NCBI GenBank assembly: GCA_023334545.1
Contig: JAADVB010000078.1
Coordinates: 1-64,000 of the forward strand
DNA: 64,000 nt
Reading direction: 5' to 3'
DNA from: Salisapilia sapeloensis CBS 127946
Lineage: Eukaryota > Protista > Oomycota
In this document: piece by piece, positions 47,377 through 59,350 of the stretch
How positions within the stretch are numbered: the first letter of the stretch is position 1
Layout: the number at the start of each line of letters is the position of its first letter
Position numbers and translations under genes: made by a program
Notes under the pieces: generated by a model
Databases searched by the model: none
What the model saw: the letters and a program-made list of their open reading frames with translations, nothing else
Told to the model about the DNA's origin: nothing

Positions 47377-48652
47377 TTGGATGAAAGCAGTACCAATGAG
47401 CATGATAAATGCATGAAATTTCTACTAATTATTTGGTAGTTAATTATGGGGAACAGATAATGCGACGTATAGTAGTATATTCGCACGACTTTACGTATAT
47501 AGCTAGATATGAGAATGATTGGAAGTTAAAGTCGTATATCTGACTCGTATGTATCCATTCGTCACGACGGGAAGCACGCAACCCAAATGACGCTCATGAA
47601 TAGAAAGATAGAATCCTTATGATAGGAGATGAAGGATGGGTGGAGTAAACGGGATCGCAGAGACTAGCGTGAAATGTATACTGCATACGGATGTGTCTTT
47701 CATCTCGCGCTGGAGAGAATGAAATAGATATAGGACTCATTCTGGTGGAGGGGATCGTCCAAGTACGTTTTGACAGCATCGTATCACTGGTTAAAAGATG
47801 CATATAAGGCGTATGAGCGAACGCCTCATAGTGGAATGACTTCCGTTGATGCAGTTGAGAGACTAAGCACAAACTCGTGCTGTTCGTTCGTCTAAAAACC
47901 GCTCGATGAAGTTATCGTTCTGCTTTTCAGATCATTATAAGCCAAAAGTCTGCATTGCCAGCATGACTTCTCTTATCGGGATATACCATTCTCAAGTACA
48001 TTTGACGCTTCTTTCACATCCCTTTAATACATAAGTTGATTCCAAATTTCTAGAATGCACTTGAAGTCATTTGGGCATGTACTGGAGATATTAATGGATT
48101 AAAGGCAGCAGCGATCAACATTTACGTACATCTACATCTCGTTTTCCCCTCTAAAGCAAAAGCAGCAACATTCGATGGAATCCATAATGCTGACGGTCGA
48201 TGACACTTCTTACGCATACACTATCAGCACCTATTTGCTACTTGGAAGTATCGCTTAAATGATAAGACTTTGAAATGGAAATGAATGACCATAGAGTGAT
48301 TTATAAAACAAAAGCAAACAAAGATTTAGGTCGTCTTCGCGTTGGATACCGATTCGGCAATTAGAGATTCGCGTTTTATAATTCTTTTCACAATAATCGA
48401 ATCGGACAATGCTGTCTTCGTTAAGAATTGCCGATTTGGATGAGCTACATGTTATGGAAACCTAACGCAACGCTTCAATGTATCTTTCTCCCACTATATC
48501 AAATGCATGAATGAGTATTCTGTAATGTCAGTGGAGATCCCACTCGATGCTCTTGGTTTATATATTTTTATTCTTTGATGCAATCAAGCGGAAACCACCT
48601 TCGAAAAGACTTCTAGTCGCGCCTGGTGCTCGAAATGTGCACATTTAAAAGC

Positions 48653-48850
48653 CGCGAAAGACTTCGTGAGCTCTTCGCTTTACTTGCATTACTGAGCTCT
48701 TCGCTATTATTTCGGAACAGACATAGTACAGTGGTGGACGAAATAATCAGACGATATTTGCGACTCACACTGTACACCGTCCCACTGAAATGGCGAAGAG
48801 CTCAATGTCGCAAGTAAATCGAATGACACTTCAATCTGAAGGACTTTGGC
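48653..48850. repeat. ~200-nt imperfect inverted repeat (long hairpin)
   Basis: 48674-48706 matches the reverse complement of 48791-48823 at 27 of 33 positions. The inner pair GTACAGTG/CACTGTAC and the outer pair CGCGAAAG/CTTTGGCG extend the stem. Confidence 0.75.
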
Positions 48851-49806
48851 GATACGCTCGACACTAGGCCCTGCCAAAGCATGACAGAAGAACAGACGAT
48901 ACATGTGGATAGGAACGGAAAAGTATATAGCGACGTAAGAGTAGGACGAACCACCAAAAACTCAGGCAATGATTCCTGTTACAATTCATTCCTGTTTGTT
49001 TTCTTTGCTTTCAATGCCTTGCATGCTACCCGATTATCTGCTCAACGAACAAGACCTTCTTTTTTCTACTAACAGATGCTTATCGATTCCTTTTCTTGTA
49101 CTTCAAGCTACGGATAAGTTGTAGTTGAGCTTCATCGTGGTTATGGTAGGAGAAGGGATTGACATGGAAGGCAGCCAAAGACAACATGAAACTTCAAGTG
49201 CGGATTTAGTCGTTTAACAGATTGCTCACTTTGTACCCGGACTAGGATATGAGCTCCAAACAGTACTCTCCATCTACCTTATATTCCTTCTTTGCTCTAG
49301 TATATGCTTGTATGTGCCTTGATACGACGGATGCCTTGGCACAAACTTTTTTCGAAAAAGGTTCCTTTGTATAGATGTCCATTTCTTAGATGTGCGGTAC
49401 CTCACTCGGCATCGTCCTATCGAAGCGTAGTTTTGCATTCAAGCAGGTGCTTCTTTCCGATCGACCAGTCATGCGTGGCACCGCCCTTTCAATATGCGCG
49501 TGACGACAACAACATAAATTATCCGCTTTTAATCGAACATGACAAAGTTGAACTAAGGTCATTCTGCCATGCCACATTCTTCTCTACCTTCATAATCACA
49601 TACGCATACTCGTCACTAGATCTACTATCACCTATAAACCTTCTATACCATATACATATAAATAAGATAGTCAAGTACGAGTACGACCACCGGAATGACG
49701 AACGAGATGGAGACTACATCATTTAGATTCTTTTTTCTTCCAGTCTCTACAGGTTATGTCTCTCGGTAACGCAAGAAAAAAGATCAAAAGATAAGCTTTT
49801 TTCCAT

Positions 49807-50661
49807 TTAACCAAGCGTCAAGCCAAGGCCGAACTTGTGCGCGTCGCCGTGGAAGTTCTTGGCGTCCACCTGGACACTCGTGGAGAGCTGGACAAACGGT
49901 CGCAGCTTCTGTAGCGCCGTCAGCGACAAGAAGCCGTTCGAGTCAATCTTACCGGCGTACGTCGTCACTTCATCCGCACGGTAGCGGCCACCCACCGTCA
50001 ACGTGTTCGCGGCAGACTTGAGGTCGTAGTCCAAGACGGCGGCGTAGACCGTGTCTGGGGACAAGTGGTGGTGGAACGAGGCCGAGAGGGCACCGAGGCG
50101 CTTCTTGGTCACAAGCGACGTGGCAAAGTCCGGGCCAATGTACGACACACCGACATTGTGGTCCGTGACGGACTTTTGGTCCAAGTTGAAGGCAGCGCTA
50201 CCACCGACGAGGAAACCGCCCTGGGCCATCACGGCACCAGTCTTGACGGCGTTGCCGACAAAGTCGGCCTCGGCGTCCCACGCAATGTTTCCCTGCTTGT
50301 ATTCCGCGCCGACGACGCCGACCTGTTTGGCGCTCGTGTTCTTGGCGACCGAGCCGTCCTCAACCTTGAAGGAGAGCTTGAGGTTCTGCGCAAGCGCGTG
50401 CGGAAGCTCGGCTTCCGTGAGCACACGACCGTCCGTGGTCACCTGGAGCTTCTTGAAGACGACGCCGGACGCAGCGTGCGTGAAGGAGCTTCCGGCCTTA
50501 CCGAGCACGGCCTTGGACGAAGGGTTAAGCGTGCCTTCCGTCGAGAAGACGACGCCGTTCGCAGCCTTGCTCTTGACCTTGAGCTTGCGGCTAAAGTCAT
50601 AGTCATCCCGGAGGATGTCCTCTGCCTTCTTGGACAGGTCTTTAAAGAGAACGGCAACCAT
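49807..50661 (-). CDS. VDAC: Mitochondrial outer-membrane porin (VDAC), paralog 1
   Basis: LFKDLSKKAEDILRDDYDF N-terminal helix, a beta-strand pattern and the C-terminus HKFGLGLTLG. Confidence 0.93.
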   Translation of the reverse strand: MVAVLFKDLSKKAEDILRDDYDFSRKLKVKSKAANGVVFSTEGTLNPSSKAVLGKAGSSFTHAASGVVFKKLQVTTDGRVLTEAELPHALAQNLKLSFKVEDGSVAKNTSAKQVGVVGAEYKQGNIAWDAEADFVGNAVKTGAVMAQGGFLVGGSAAFNLDQKSVTDHNVGVSYIGPDFATSLVTKKRLGALSASFHHHLSPDTVYAAVLDYDLKSAANTLTVGGRYRADEVTTYAGKIDSNGFLSLTALQKLRPFVQLSTSVQVDAKNFHGDAHKFGLGLTLG

Positions 50662-51242
50662 CGTACGAATGTGAGGGGATCGGTGCTTTTCGTATTGTGA
50701 GAAGCGTACGAACCGTAGGATTAGCACGGATCATCATTGGGTAAAATGGCTGTCGGGACGGTATGGATTGGCAGAAAATGCTGGCGACAGTCTCTTCCGG
50801 TATGAAGCCTGCTATATAGCGGGAGATTGTGTACGTGGGAACAAGTTGCGTAGTGGCTAGTTGCAGCTACTGGATACGTCGAGTCTGTGATGTTGGATGC
50901 AACGTTCTGCATCCATCTGATCGGCTCGAATGTATCTTGATGCAGCGAGTATGTTGCTGTTGAAGGGACACGGGAGGGATTCAGGCTCTGAGACATCTTG
51001 CATCGACGTAGTAACGGAATTGAGGCATGGATACGTCCATGAATGCGTGGCATGATCTGCGCAAGAGCCGACTACGGCATCATACCGTTTGCTAGCATCA
51101 TGTCATGGTCTTCACGTGTCCTTCAAGCAGCATAAACGATATGATTGGCTGAAATGCTGAATATTGGCCAATCTCGTCCGTCCGGTTGAAGTTCCGGAAG
51201 CCGCACAAATAGATTCGCCCCGAAACGCACAAGACAGCTACC

Positions 51243-52091
51243 ATGGTCGTGCTCTACAAGGACTTTGCCAAGACGGCGCAAGACATTCTCCGAGATGACT
51301 TTGACTTTAGCCGCAAGTTGAAGATCAAGACCAAGGCGGCCAATGGCGTCGCGTTCACGACGGAAGGCGAAATGGACTCGAACAAGTCGATTGTCGGCAA
51401 GCTCGCCGGTGCCTTTAGCCACCCGCAGTCCGGTATTGTTTTTAAGAAGCTGCAGGTGACCACTGGCGGCAAGCTTGTCACGGAAGCTGAGGCACCGAAT
51501 GTTTACACGCCTGGCCTCAAGGTGACGGCCAAGACGGAGGATTCGTCCTTGGCCAAGGGCGCGTCGGGTGCACGCAACGGCGTCTTTGGCTTTGAGTACG
51601 TCCAGCCGCAGTACTCGGTGCAGATGGAAGCCGATCTTGCTCGCAAGACGATTAGCAAGAGCACCACGTACGCCATGGACAACGTTCTCTTCGGTGCTAT
51701 GGGCATCTTTAACGTGAACCGCACGGCGTACGACGACCACAACGTTGCCATCGGATACGTCGGACCGGACTATGCTGCGTCTGTCCAGACGAAGAAGAAG
51801 TTCAACGCCGTGTCTGGTGCCTTCCACCACCACTTGTCGCCGGAAGTCGTGTACTCTGCTGTCTTCGACTATAACATGAAGAATGGGGACAATAAACTGA
51901 GCGTCGGAGGTCGATACAAGGCGGATCCGTTGACGACGTACGCCGGCAAGGTCGAGAGCGACGGCCACGTGTCGCTCGCGCTCGTCCAGAAGATTCGTCC
52001 GTTCCTGTCGCTGTCGACGAGTGCGTACATTGACGCGAAGAACTTTGACGGCGACGCGCACAAGTTCGGTCTCGGCCTCACGCTTGGTTAA
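51243..52091 (+). CDS. VDAC: Mitochondrial outer-membrane porin (VDAC), paralog 2
   Basis: LYKDFAKTAQDILRDDFDF, with the same HKFGLGLTLG C-terminus. Confidence 0.93.
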   Translation: MVVLYKDFAKTAQDILRDDFDFSRKLKIKTKAANGVAFTTEGEMDSNKSIVGKLAGAFSHPQSGIVFKKLQVTTGGKLVTEAEAPNVYTPGLKVTAKTEDSSLAKGASGARNGVFGFEYVQPQYSVQMEADLARKTISKSTTYAMDNVLFGAMGIFNVNRTAYDDHNVAIGYVGPDYAASVQTKKKFNAVSGAFHHHLSPEVVYSAVFDYNMKNGDNKLSVGGRYKADPLTTYAGKVESDGHVSLALVQKIRPFLSLSTSAYIDAKNFDGDAHKFGLGLTLG

Positions 52092-52254
52092 GTCTTGTCC
52101 CTCTTTTCTGGCTGCATGAAACGTAGGCAGGTTGCAATATACACCAGTTTTACTCTAATTCGTACGTATTACCACTAATTTCTTAGTTTTATCACCTTTG
52201 CGACTATTCAAGATCGCGACGCTTCAAGACGAATTACACAAAATCGAGGAAACG

Positions 52255-53115
52255 ATGGCGGACGGCGATGAGCGCTTCGATGCGCTGCTTATGAACATGG
52301 CACAGACGCAGCACGGAATTGAACCATTGCTGGACTCGGTCTTCTCCTTCTTGCGTCGCAAGACAGACTTCTTCTCTGGTGCGCCGAAAGACCAGGTCGA
52401 GAACACGGTGCTCCAGAGCGTCCGGAAGCAAGCGGCTATCTTTGAGAAAGAACAGTATCATAAAAAGCAGCAGGTTGCTCCCCCGAAACCTGTCAAAGAG
52501 ACACCTCGCTTCGAAGAGGTGCAAGAGGCAACGCCAAAAGGTAACGAGTCAATGCCAAAAGGTACCGAATCGAGCGGAAAAGACAACGAGGAGGAAGAAG
52601 AGGCAGGATTGACGGGAAATGGGGGCAGAACGGAAAAGTATACGTGGACGCAGACGCTGCAAGAAGTGCAGATGAGCTTTGATGTCCCTTCTGGTACGAA
52701 GGGTCGCCAAGTGGATGTCGACATCAAGGCCGGAAAGCTGCGTGTCGGGCTCAAGGGCAGTGACGTGCTTGTGGATGGGAATTTACATAAACGCGTCAAG
52801 ACGGAAGATAGTTTCTGGACGATCGAAGATGGCACGAAGCTGTGTATCTACTTGCAAAAGGAGAATCAGATGGAATGGTGGAAATGTGTCATGGAAGGCG
52901 ACGCGGAGATTGATACGAGCAAAGTGCAACCGGAGAATTCGAATCTGTCGGACCTGGATGCAGATACACGGAAGACGGTAGAGAAGATGATGTTTGATCA
53001 GCGACAGAAAGCACAGGGGTTGCCGACGAGTGACGAGATGCAAAAGCAAGAGATGTTGCAAAAGTTTATGTCTCAACATCCGGAAATGGACTTTAGCAAC
53101 GCCAAGGTCGGATAA
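52255..53115 (+). CDS. NUDC: Nuclear migration protein NudC
   Basis: FSFLRRKTDFF, a CS domain (YTWTQTL) and ETRKTVEKMMFDQRQK-like..GLPTSDE..HPEMDFS. Confidence 0.93.
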   Translation: MADGDERFDALLMNMAQTQHGIEPLLDSVFSFLRRKTDFFSGAPKDQVENTVLQSVRKQAAIFEKEQYHKKQQVAPPKPVKETPRFEEVQEATPKGNESMPKGTESSGKDNEEEEEAGLTGNGGRTEKYTWTQTLQEVQMSFDVPSGTKGRQVDVDIKAGKLRVGLKGSDVLVDGNLHKRVKTEDSFWTIEDGTKLCIYLQKENQMEWWKCVMEGDAEIDTSKVQPENSNLSDLDADTRKTVEKMMFDQRQKAQGLPTSDEMQKQEMLQKFMSQHPEMDFSNAKVG

Positions 53116-53825
53116 GGACGATTGAGATTTGCGTAGGGGAGATAGGATTGGGCAATTCGAAACACCTTTTACAATGAATGCAACTGGTTGTGCGATTCTG
53201 GAGGCTATAAGCCTGATAGATGTGCTTTGTTTTTATGTTTCTTTTCTTTGTCATCTGACTGGGACTTATGTGGTGTTCGTTCACGACTTGCATTGCCGAT
53301 GTGGAGTTCGCTGAGACTGTGAAAGTGCATTTAGAATTGATGTGATAGCAATATTGAGAGAAGATAATTATGTTGTAGTCTGGGTCTTTGCTGTAATGCT
53401 GCCTTCATCTACTTCTCATTATGTGCAAAGAATAAGATTTACAAGTTTAGTTACTACTACTTAGTCTACGAGCTGCTTCTTTAAATGGAATACTCTTCTC
53501 ATTCTGTCTAGTACTCCTAGAGCCTATATGTACTATCGAATCTACACCTCCCGTTCATGAAACTTATATCATACCACGCCCGTTTACAAAGGGTATTGTG
53601 TCGATATGCCATCGTTTAGGACAGATTACAAGACTCTAGGCTTCCTTCCTATCCAGCACACATCTCTCACATTGGTTTTGAGGAACAGCGTTGGGCGTTT
53701 CCAATCTTGAGGAGAGTATGGTACCCAGAGCAGCGATCGTGAGCCAATTTGACAGTGCTCGATAGAAATTACTTTTTATTGTGCGATTTGCCATTTAGCG
53801 AGATAAGGAAGGAGCATCGACTAGA

Positions 53826-54779
53826 ATGGCTACTTCTGAAGGCTTTGTTACGTTCCCGTCTGATCCAAGTACAGAGTATCGCTATCTTATAACGACGGAT
53901 AGTATGAGTATCGAGATTTGGTTGAAGGATGCGTACAGCAAGCATGAGTGGTAATGTCAGCATACTCTCACGTCATTTTTCCCGCCCTCTTTCTCACTCT
54001 CGATGCAGGAAGTCGAACATGGTCAAGCCAAGTGATCTTAATATCCGAAATGCTCAAAGACTCAATCGTGCACTAGCCGAGTGCTTCGCGGTAGGACTTA
54101 AAGTGGTTACCGATATAAAGTCATACATTCTAACTTTTCCTCGAGGTAGTGCTTTACGGATTGTTTGGAGGAGGCGAATGGAGAATCAGGAGACGTGGAT
54201 CTTGTTATGGGCTTCGATGGTGTCTTGATGATATTCTTTTGGCTGAATCTCAATGCATCCACTATCAATCGGCGACAAGCGTATTGCATTCCTTTGAATA
54301 AAATCGTTCGAAACGATTTCCAAGTCATGAAATCCAAGGTGCATGTTTTGGAAGCAAAAGTTGCGCATCTGGAGAAGCGTCAAGTTCGCACATTCATTGG
54401 TCATTTCAACAAAAGTGCTCCACACGGAAAGCGTTTCGGACGGAAGGGTTCCCAATATGACCAAACCTATATCTCTAATCGCTCGGATAGAAGCCTTCAG
54501 TCTCAACGTCGGAGATTCTATGAGGCCACTTATCAGGCAGGATGTAATGGAGCTCTTCATGTGATACAAGATGGTAACGCTTTAAGCTTTTCCTCTTCGT
54601 TTCAACGCAGACACGCTGATGATCGAGTGACCGAGACGTGGCTTGCCGACGCAATGGCTCCTGAATTAGCGTTTGCAGTCACTTTTGATGCGATCAGTAG
54701 TGATGACGGGAATCCTCTTGGGCTGATCCTCTTCTTATTGACATGCTTTATGGTAATTTGTACTTTTGTTTGCTTCTAA
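53826..54779 (+). pseudogene. Oomycete-specific hypothetical family member, probably disrupted
   Basis: MATSEGFVTF..YRYLI..IEIWLKDAYSKHEW and a later coiled coil (VHVLEAKVAHLE). The reading frame between them could not be fully restored. Confidence 0.4.
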
Positions 54780-55245
54780 GATGCTCAAGCTCAAGTAAAG
54801 TCTAGCGGAATGAATGGATGTCTTTTCAATTTCACTATGTTCGTATGCTTCTACTCAACCTTAAAAGCTATTCAACCACCATCATGACTTCATGATTTCT
54901 ATCCGACTTTGCTTCCACTTCCAGAAGGTAGATCGGTCTACAATCCCTCCGTTCTTGTGGATGCGCACTAGAGCACCACTAGGAGTACCTTTATTAGCCT
55001 GATTGACCCACGAGATTGTTTTTTGCTTCTAGGAAAGCTTAATGGCAAAGAGCTATGTCTTCCCGACAAGAGACATGATGATAAGACACATAGAAACTTG
55101 ATTTATAGATAGCTCTTCCCGCCGTACACGTCCCTAGTATCCACAGCACTTCCAACGACACAATGACAACTTCTGGTAGTATCGAATCAACTATGCATGT
55201 AAAGATATCTATACGAAACAAGCCTATAGTATCCTCTTCTCTCAT

Positions 55246-55920
55246 CTAGGCAATGTCTACATTCGACTTTCTCAAGTCATGCGGCGGCGTCGGCTGAGTC
55301 GTATACTTTTTAAACTCTTCTGGAGATAGCGGATGAATGTAATTCGACGTCGAGTAGTCCGTATCGTCGTATCCGACATGAAAGTGCGTTGCTCGAAGAT
55401 CCTTCTGCGTCTCCTTGGACATGGTACTCGGCTTGAACTCTTGCATCTTATCGCAGAATTGTCCTTTAGCTTCCGATTGGTACTCTATCTTTTCATCATA
55501 CGAAATCCCTCTCGTCGGTTTCGCACCTGTCGTCTTCCGCACTTGATCTCTCCATCGCATCGCTTCTCGTGCTTTCTCCGGATCATACTTGGTCGCATGC
55601 TGCGTCGAGGACTCTAACGTGTTTTCGTCAATACCAAGCGACAGCGACGTCTTATTCTGATACGTCTTCTGCTCTTCACTAGCTTGCCCCGTGTACTTGT
55701 CTAGACTACCAGTCGGATCCTGTAGCTTGCTGCTAGTCGTAAACTCTCGTCCGTCGCCACGTACACCAAAGTGTATGCTTGAGACGTACCTGTCTTCCTT
55801 GGTCTGACTAGAGGAAGGCTTGACATGACCTGGATAGGCCTGTTGCTGGTTACTCGTGTCATAGTCGAGACGATCGTAGCCAAAGACGACGGACGTTTGC
55901 TGTGCAGGGTGCTCGGACAT
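55246..55920 (-). CDS. Repeat protein resembling TEX45/SAXO-type ciliary microtubule-inner proteins
   Basis: 224-aa ORF with recurring units (SVVFGYDRLDYDTS, SIHFG..EFTTS, SLSLG..LESS, LRATHFHVGYDDTDYSTS, LRKSNV). Confidence 0.5.
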   Translation of the reverse strand: MSEHPAQQTSVVFGYDRLDYDTSNQQQAYPGHVKPSSSQTKEDRYVSSIHFGVRGDGREFTTSSKLQDPTGSLDKYTGQASEEQKTYQNKTSLSLGIDENTLESSTQHATKYDPEKAREAMRWRDQVRKTTGAKPTRGISYDEKIEYQSEAKGQFCDKMQEFKPSTMSKETQKDLRATHFHVGYDDTDYSTSNYIHPLSPEEFKKYTTQPTPPHDLRKSNVDIA

Positions 55921-56026
55921 GAGAGACGAGAGATCGAGAGTAGACGAGGAAAAAAGTATTTATAGCGATAAGAAAGAAATGGAAATATAAAATACTTTTT
56001 CTTTTGTATTTGATTTCAAGGAATCG

Positions 56027-56574
56027 TTAGACATTGAAGCTTTCGCCACATCCACAGCTTCCTTTCGCATTCGGGTTCTCGAAAACGAATTCCGACGATA
56101 GTGGTGTCGTCTGGAAATCCATGGTCGTCCCGACGACGTGGAAAAGTGCCTTGGGCTCGACGAATACTCGAACACCATGCTGATGGACTTCTTCCTCCAT
56201 TTTCTCTTTCTTATCAGCGTAATTCATCGTGTACGACAGTCCGTTGCAGCCACCTAAAACACTATTTTAGATGATAAAAGAAAGAAATAATAGTACATGG
56301 ACATACGAGTTCGTACGCCCAACCGAATACCAATGGCATCGGGTTTATTCTCCAAGAGCTCCCGAATACGATCCGCAGCCGATTCGGTCTATATGGGACA
56401 GGGAAGCTAAGTATAATGTCTACAAGACGAATGTATGCGCCGTACGAGTTTTAATGGCGGCGGAAGCTCGCGACGACGGCGTGTAGGTTTCTGTTCTGCT
56501 GCTACGGTCGAGTAGAATGTCTGCTGCGGCGTGCATACAGCACGGTGCAATGCTTTCGAGAGCGCGCGATGCAT
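56027..56574 (-). CDS. ISCA1: Iron-sulfur cluster assembly protein ISCA1, 3 exons
   Basis: Presequence, LTESAADRI..GVRTRGCNGLSYTMNY and FENPNAKGSCGCGESFNV. Confidence 0.92.
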
Positions 56575-56684
56575 GTTTCTCTGTCTCCTAGTCGATCAAT
56601 CGCGAAATGCTTTTTTGCTAACGTGCGACTTTCGTCCTCTGAAATATCATCCAATCAGATCATGTATTCTTGTATTTTAGCCAA

Positions 56685-58670
56685 TTACAACAGTCTTCTT
56701 GTCTTTACAACTTCTGAGCCGTACAGCTGCTGGTATAAGCTTAGGAGCTGCTGCTTCTCGTCGTGAATGAAGCGACGGAGAGCTTGTCCACCTAGGTGAT
56801 AATTTTCTATCGCCTGGATACTTTGCTTCACTCGAAGGTTCCATGTTGAAGCGGCAGATGCTGGTTTCGATGGTGGTGTCCATTCGAAGATGTGATCTGG
56901 GTCAAACGTCGAGGTTTCCGGTGGTGGCATCTCATTTGGATCTGGAGACGTCGTCTGTAATGACTGGAAGTCATTCTTCCACCATTTTTGTCTTAGATAC
57001 GTTTCCACTTTGTCGATTTGATCTGTGTCGAAAGCAGATTCGTACACGAGTAGCTCTGCGATGCGGCCTTGGAAGCTGCTGCTGTCACACACGGTCTCCG
57101 CATTACCTAGAGCCAATGGACCGAAAGTGTCCATGTCTACTAGCTCCTCCGTCGAACTAGTCAAGACATCTTGTTGGTTGACTCGGATCGTCAGATCGTC
57201 TTTTGACAAGCGGTAAGCTAGAAGAGAGAATCGGCCGACAGGGAGACTGACGTCTGCGAGCTGTAGAGTTGGGCTAGTGTAGAACGCTGGTTGGTTGTTT
57301 CCATGTAGTAAAAACTGCCCATTCGGAGAGTATCCAAATAGCTTTTGACTACTCCAGGCACTTGGATTCTAATTGTGATTAGTATAGGAAAGATAGTAGA
57401 TACTAGTAGACATACATAGTCATTTGGAGGTGCGACGACGACGAAGATTGTTGTTTCTTGCGATAGTCCTAGGTTAGCGGACTGCATTGGACAACGGAAG
57501 AGGATCGATGGGAGCTGGTCGTTGTCATTCGGCATGAGAAGCGGACGAGAACCCTTCTCGACGGCCACGAAGGATGTCAACGGTGCGACTTGGTTACTCC
57601 AGCTAGAAGATGTTAGTAGAGAGTTACAACTAGAGACAAAAGAGAATGTACGAGTGGACTTCGCAGCCATCTCCAAGTGCTTGGCACTTGCGCATGTCTT
57701 CGACCTGGACGCCAGCATCCGCTTGAAGCCATATCGACAAGTCGGGCGCAACGTCTATCCATAAGTGTCAATAAACTTTACTCTTGTGGTATATTTATTC
57801 AAGTAGAGCTACCAGCTAAGCCCTTTTCAAGTTCTGTCTTGGATACATCCGATACTTTGGCTACATTATCGGACTCCGTAGCTACAGTCTCTCGTGCTGC
57901 ATTCTCTTCGACGTACTCTGTCGTTGGAGAAACTGTCGTCTTCTCAATAGCATCTGCGTCTGGTTTAAGCTCCTTGTGATCCGTTGGGGACCGATTAACA
58001 AATGCAAACGGTAAGACTCGGACCGTTTGATTGCCCTCCACTCCAGCTTCAGGCAGCTCTTCACCATCAAATTTCCTGTCTTCCAAGACGTTCGTGTCCA
58101 TTGTATCTGATACCATGTCATTTGGAGTTATCCATCTCATCTGTGGACTATTAATGTCCTCTTTCTTGGTATCTGCATCTCCTTGAGAAACTTGCCCATG
58201 ATGACTATTTGGTTCGTCTACAGGCTCATTCTCTGCTCCCAAATCGTCTGCTACGACCTGTTTAGGTTCTAGCTCTGTCGTATTCTGCTTTGCATCATAC
58301 TTCTGTCTAATAGCTTTTAATCGTTTATTCATGATCTCGAGCTGTTCTACAGGTATATCCTTGCTTTGCTTCCCACCCGACCTTTCGACCTTGGCATCAA
58401 ACTTGATCATTAAGGAGCTCATCTTCCTCATCCCGAGGATCGTCACGCCAATCATGACTAGGAACCAACTACAATATAGAAACATGAACTCACATACAAT
58501 TGGAGATAGAGTACTAGTATATACGCTAGCCAAAGATATCGACGACGAGAGTAAGTCGGATGCTCCAGTGGTTTTATAAACTCTTCATGATCATCATGCG
58601 CATTCGTATCGGCTTGTACGATCGGTAGGATGGACGATCGACGCCTTCCTTTGACCTCGTAGGAAGCCAT
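56685..58670 (-). CDS. Type II membrane protein with a LamG/concanavalin A-like domain, multi-exon
   Basis: N-terminal TM segment, a low-complexity stalk, then LSIWLQADAGV, SWSNQ..RPLL..PSILF, TIFVV and FQGRIAELLVYESAFDTDQIDKVETYLRQKW. Confidence 0.65.
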
Positions 58671-58804
58671 AAGGACTCAACAGGACGTGCGAATGATCAG
58701 GACGACACAAAAAGGCTCAAGGCCGTTATAATAAAATAAAAAACTAATAATAGCATCGTAAGAAAAGCTCTTTATTAGGCGTTTTCATCGTTGTGAGTGG
58801 AAAT

Positions 58805-59242
58805 CTAAAAGTCATCCGGATCGGCAAGCCACTTGTCGAGACCCTTGAGTGGCTTGGATTGTGCCACTGCCTTCTTATGGGCCTCAATTTTATTCGGCAT
58901 GTCCTCGAGTGCTGCTTGGACCTTGCGTACACTGTGTATAGAAATTTAGTCTAGGTGTTGTATAGGTACATGCATACGATCCTACCGGTCGAATTCCGTG
59001 CGTTCATTCTTTGTGCCTTTCGGAGGACGCATGACATGATGCTTGCGCATGGACTCCCACTCGGGCAGCCATCCACCCTGGCCAGGCACCCATTGGCCCA
59101 TTAGACCGTTCTTTTCCGCCTCTTTCTTCACACGAGCGAGTTTACGCTTCGAGATACGAGGTTGCTGCCATTTGCCTTTGACTAATGCTGGACGCAAAGC
59201 CTCCGTGGCCTCGGCTGCCGACAGACGTAAGAAGCGCTCCAT
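58805..59242 (-). CDS. Mitochondrial ribosomal protein mL59 (MRPL25 family), 2 exons
   Basis: GKWQQPRISKRKLARVKK, PPKGTKNER, an intron, then ALEDMPNKIEAHK. Confidence 0.8.
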
Positions 59243-59350
59243 TTTCGGTATGAAGGTGATGACCAGAGACTTTTGCGCCAATCGAAGATGACAAATTGTA
59301 TTTTCCACCAATAATAAAGCTGCATTCTGATCAAAGAAAAAGAATAGAAA

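Noticed and set aside
48345-48440. Short inverted matches (TCGGCAATT/AATTGCCGA; CCGATTCG/CGAATCGG)
   Set aside because: The arms are only 8-9 bp and do not nest into one stem; compatible with chance.
50065-52061. Long ORFs opposite both VDAC genes (211 and 312 aa)
   Set aside because: Antisense shadows caused by codon bias.
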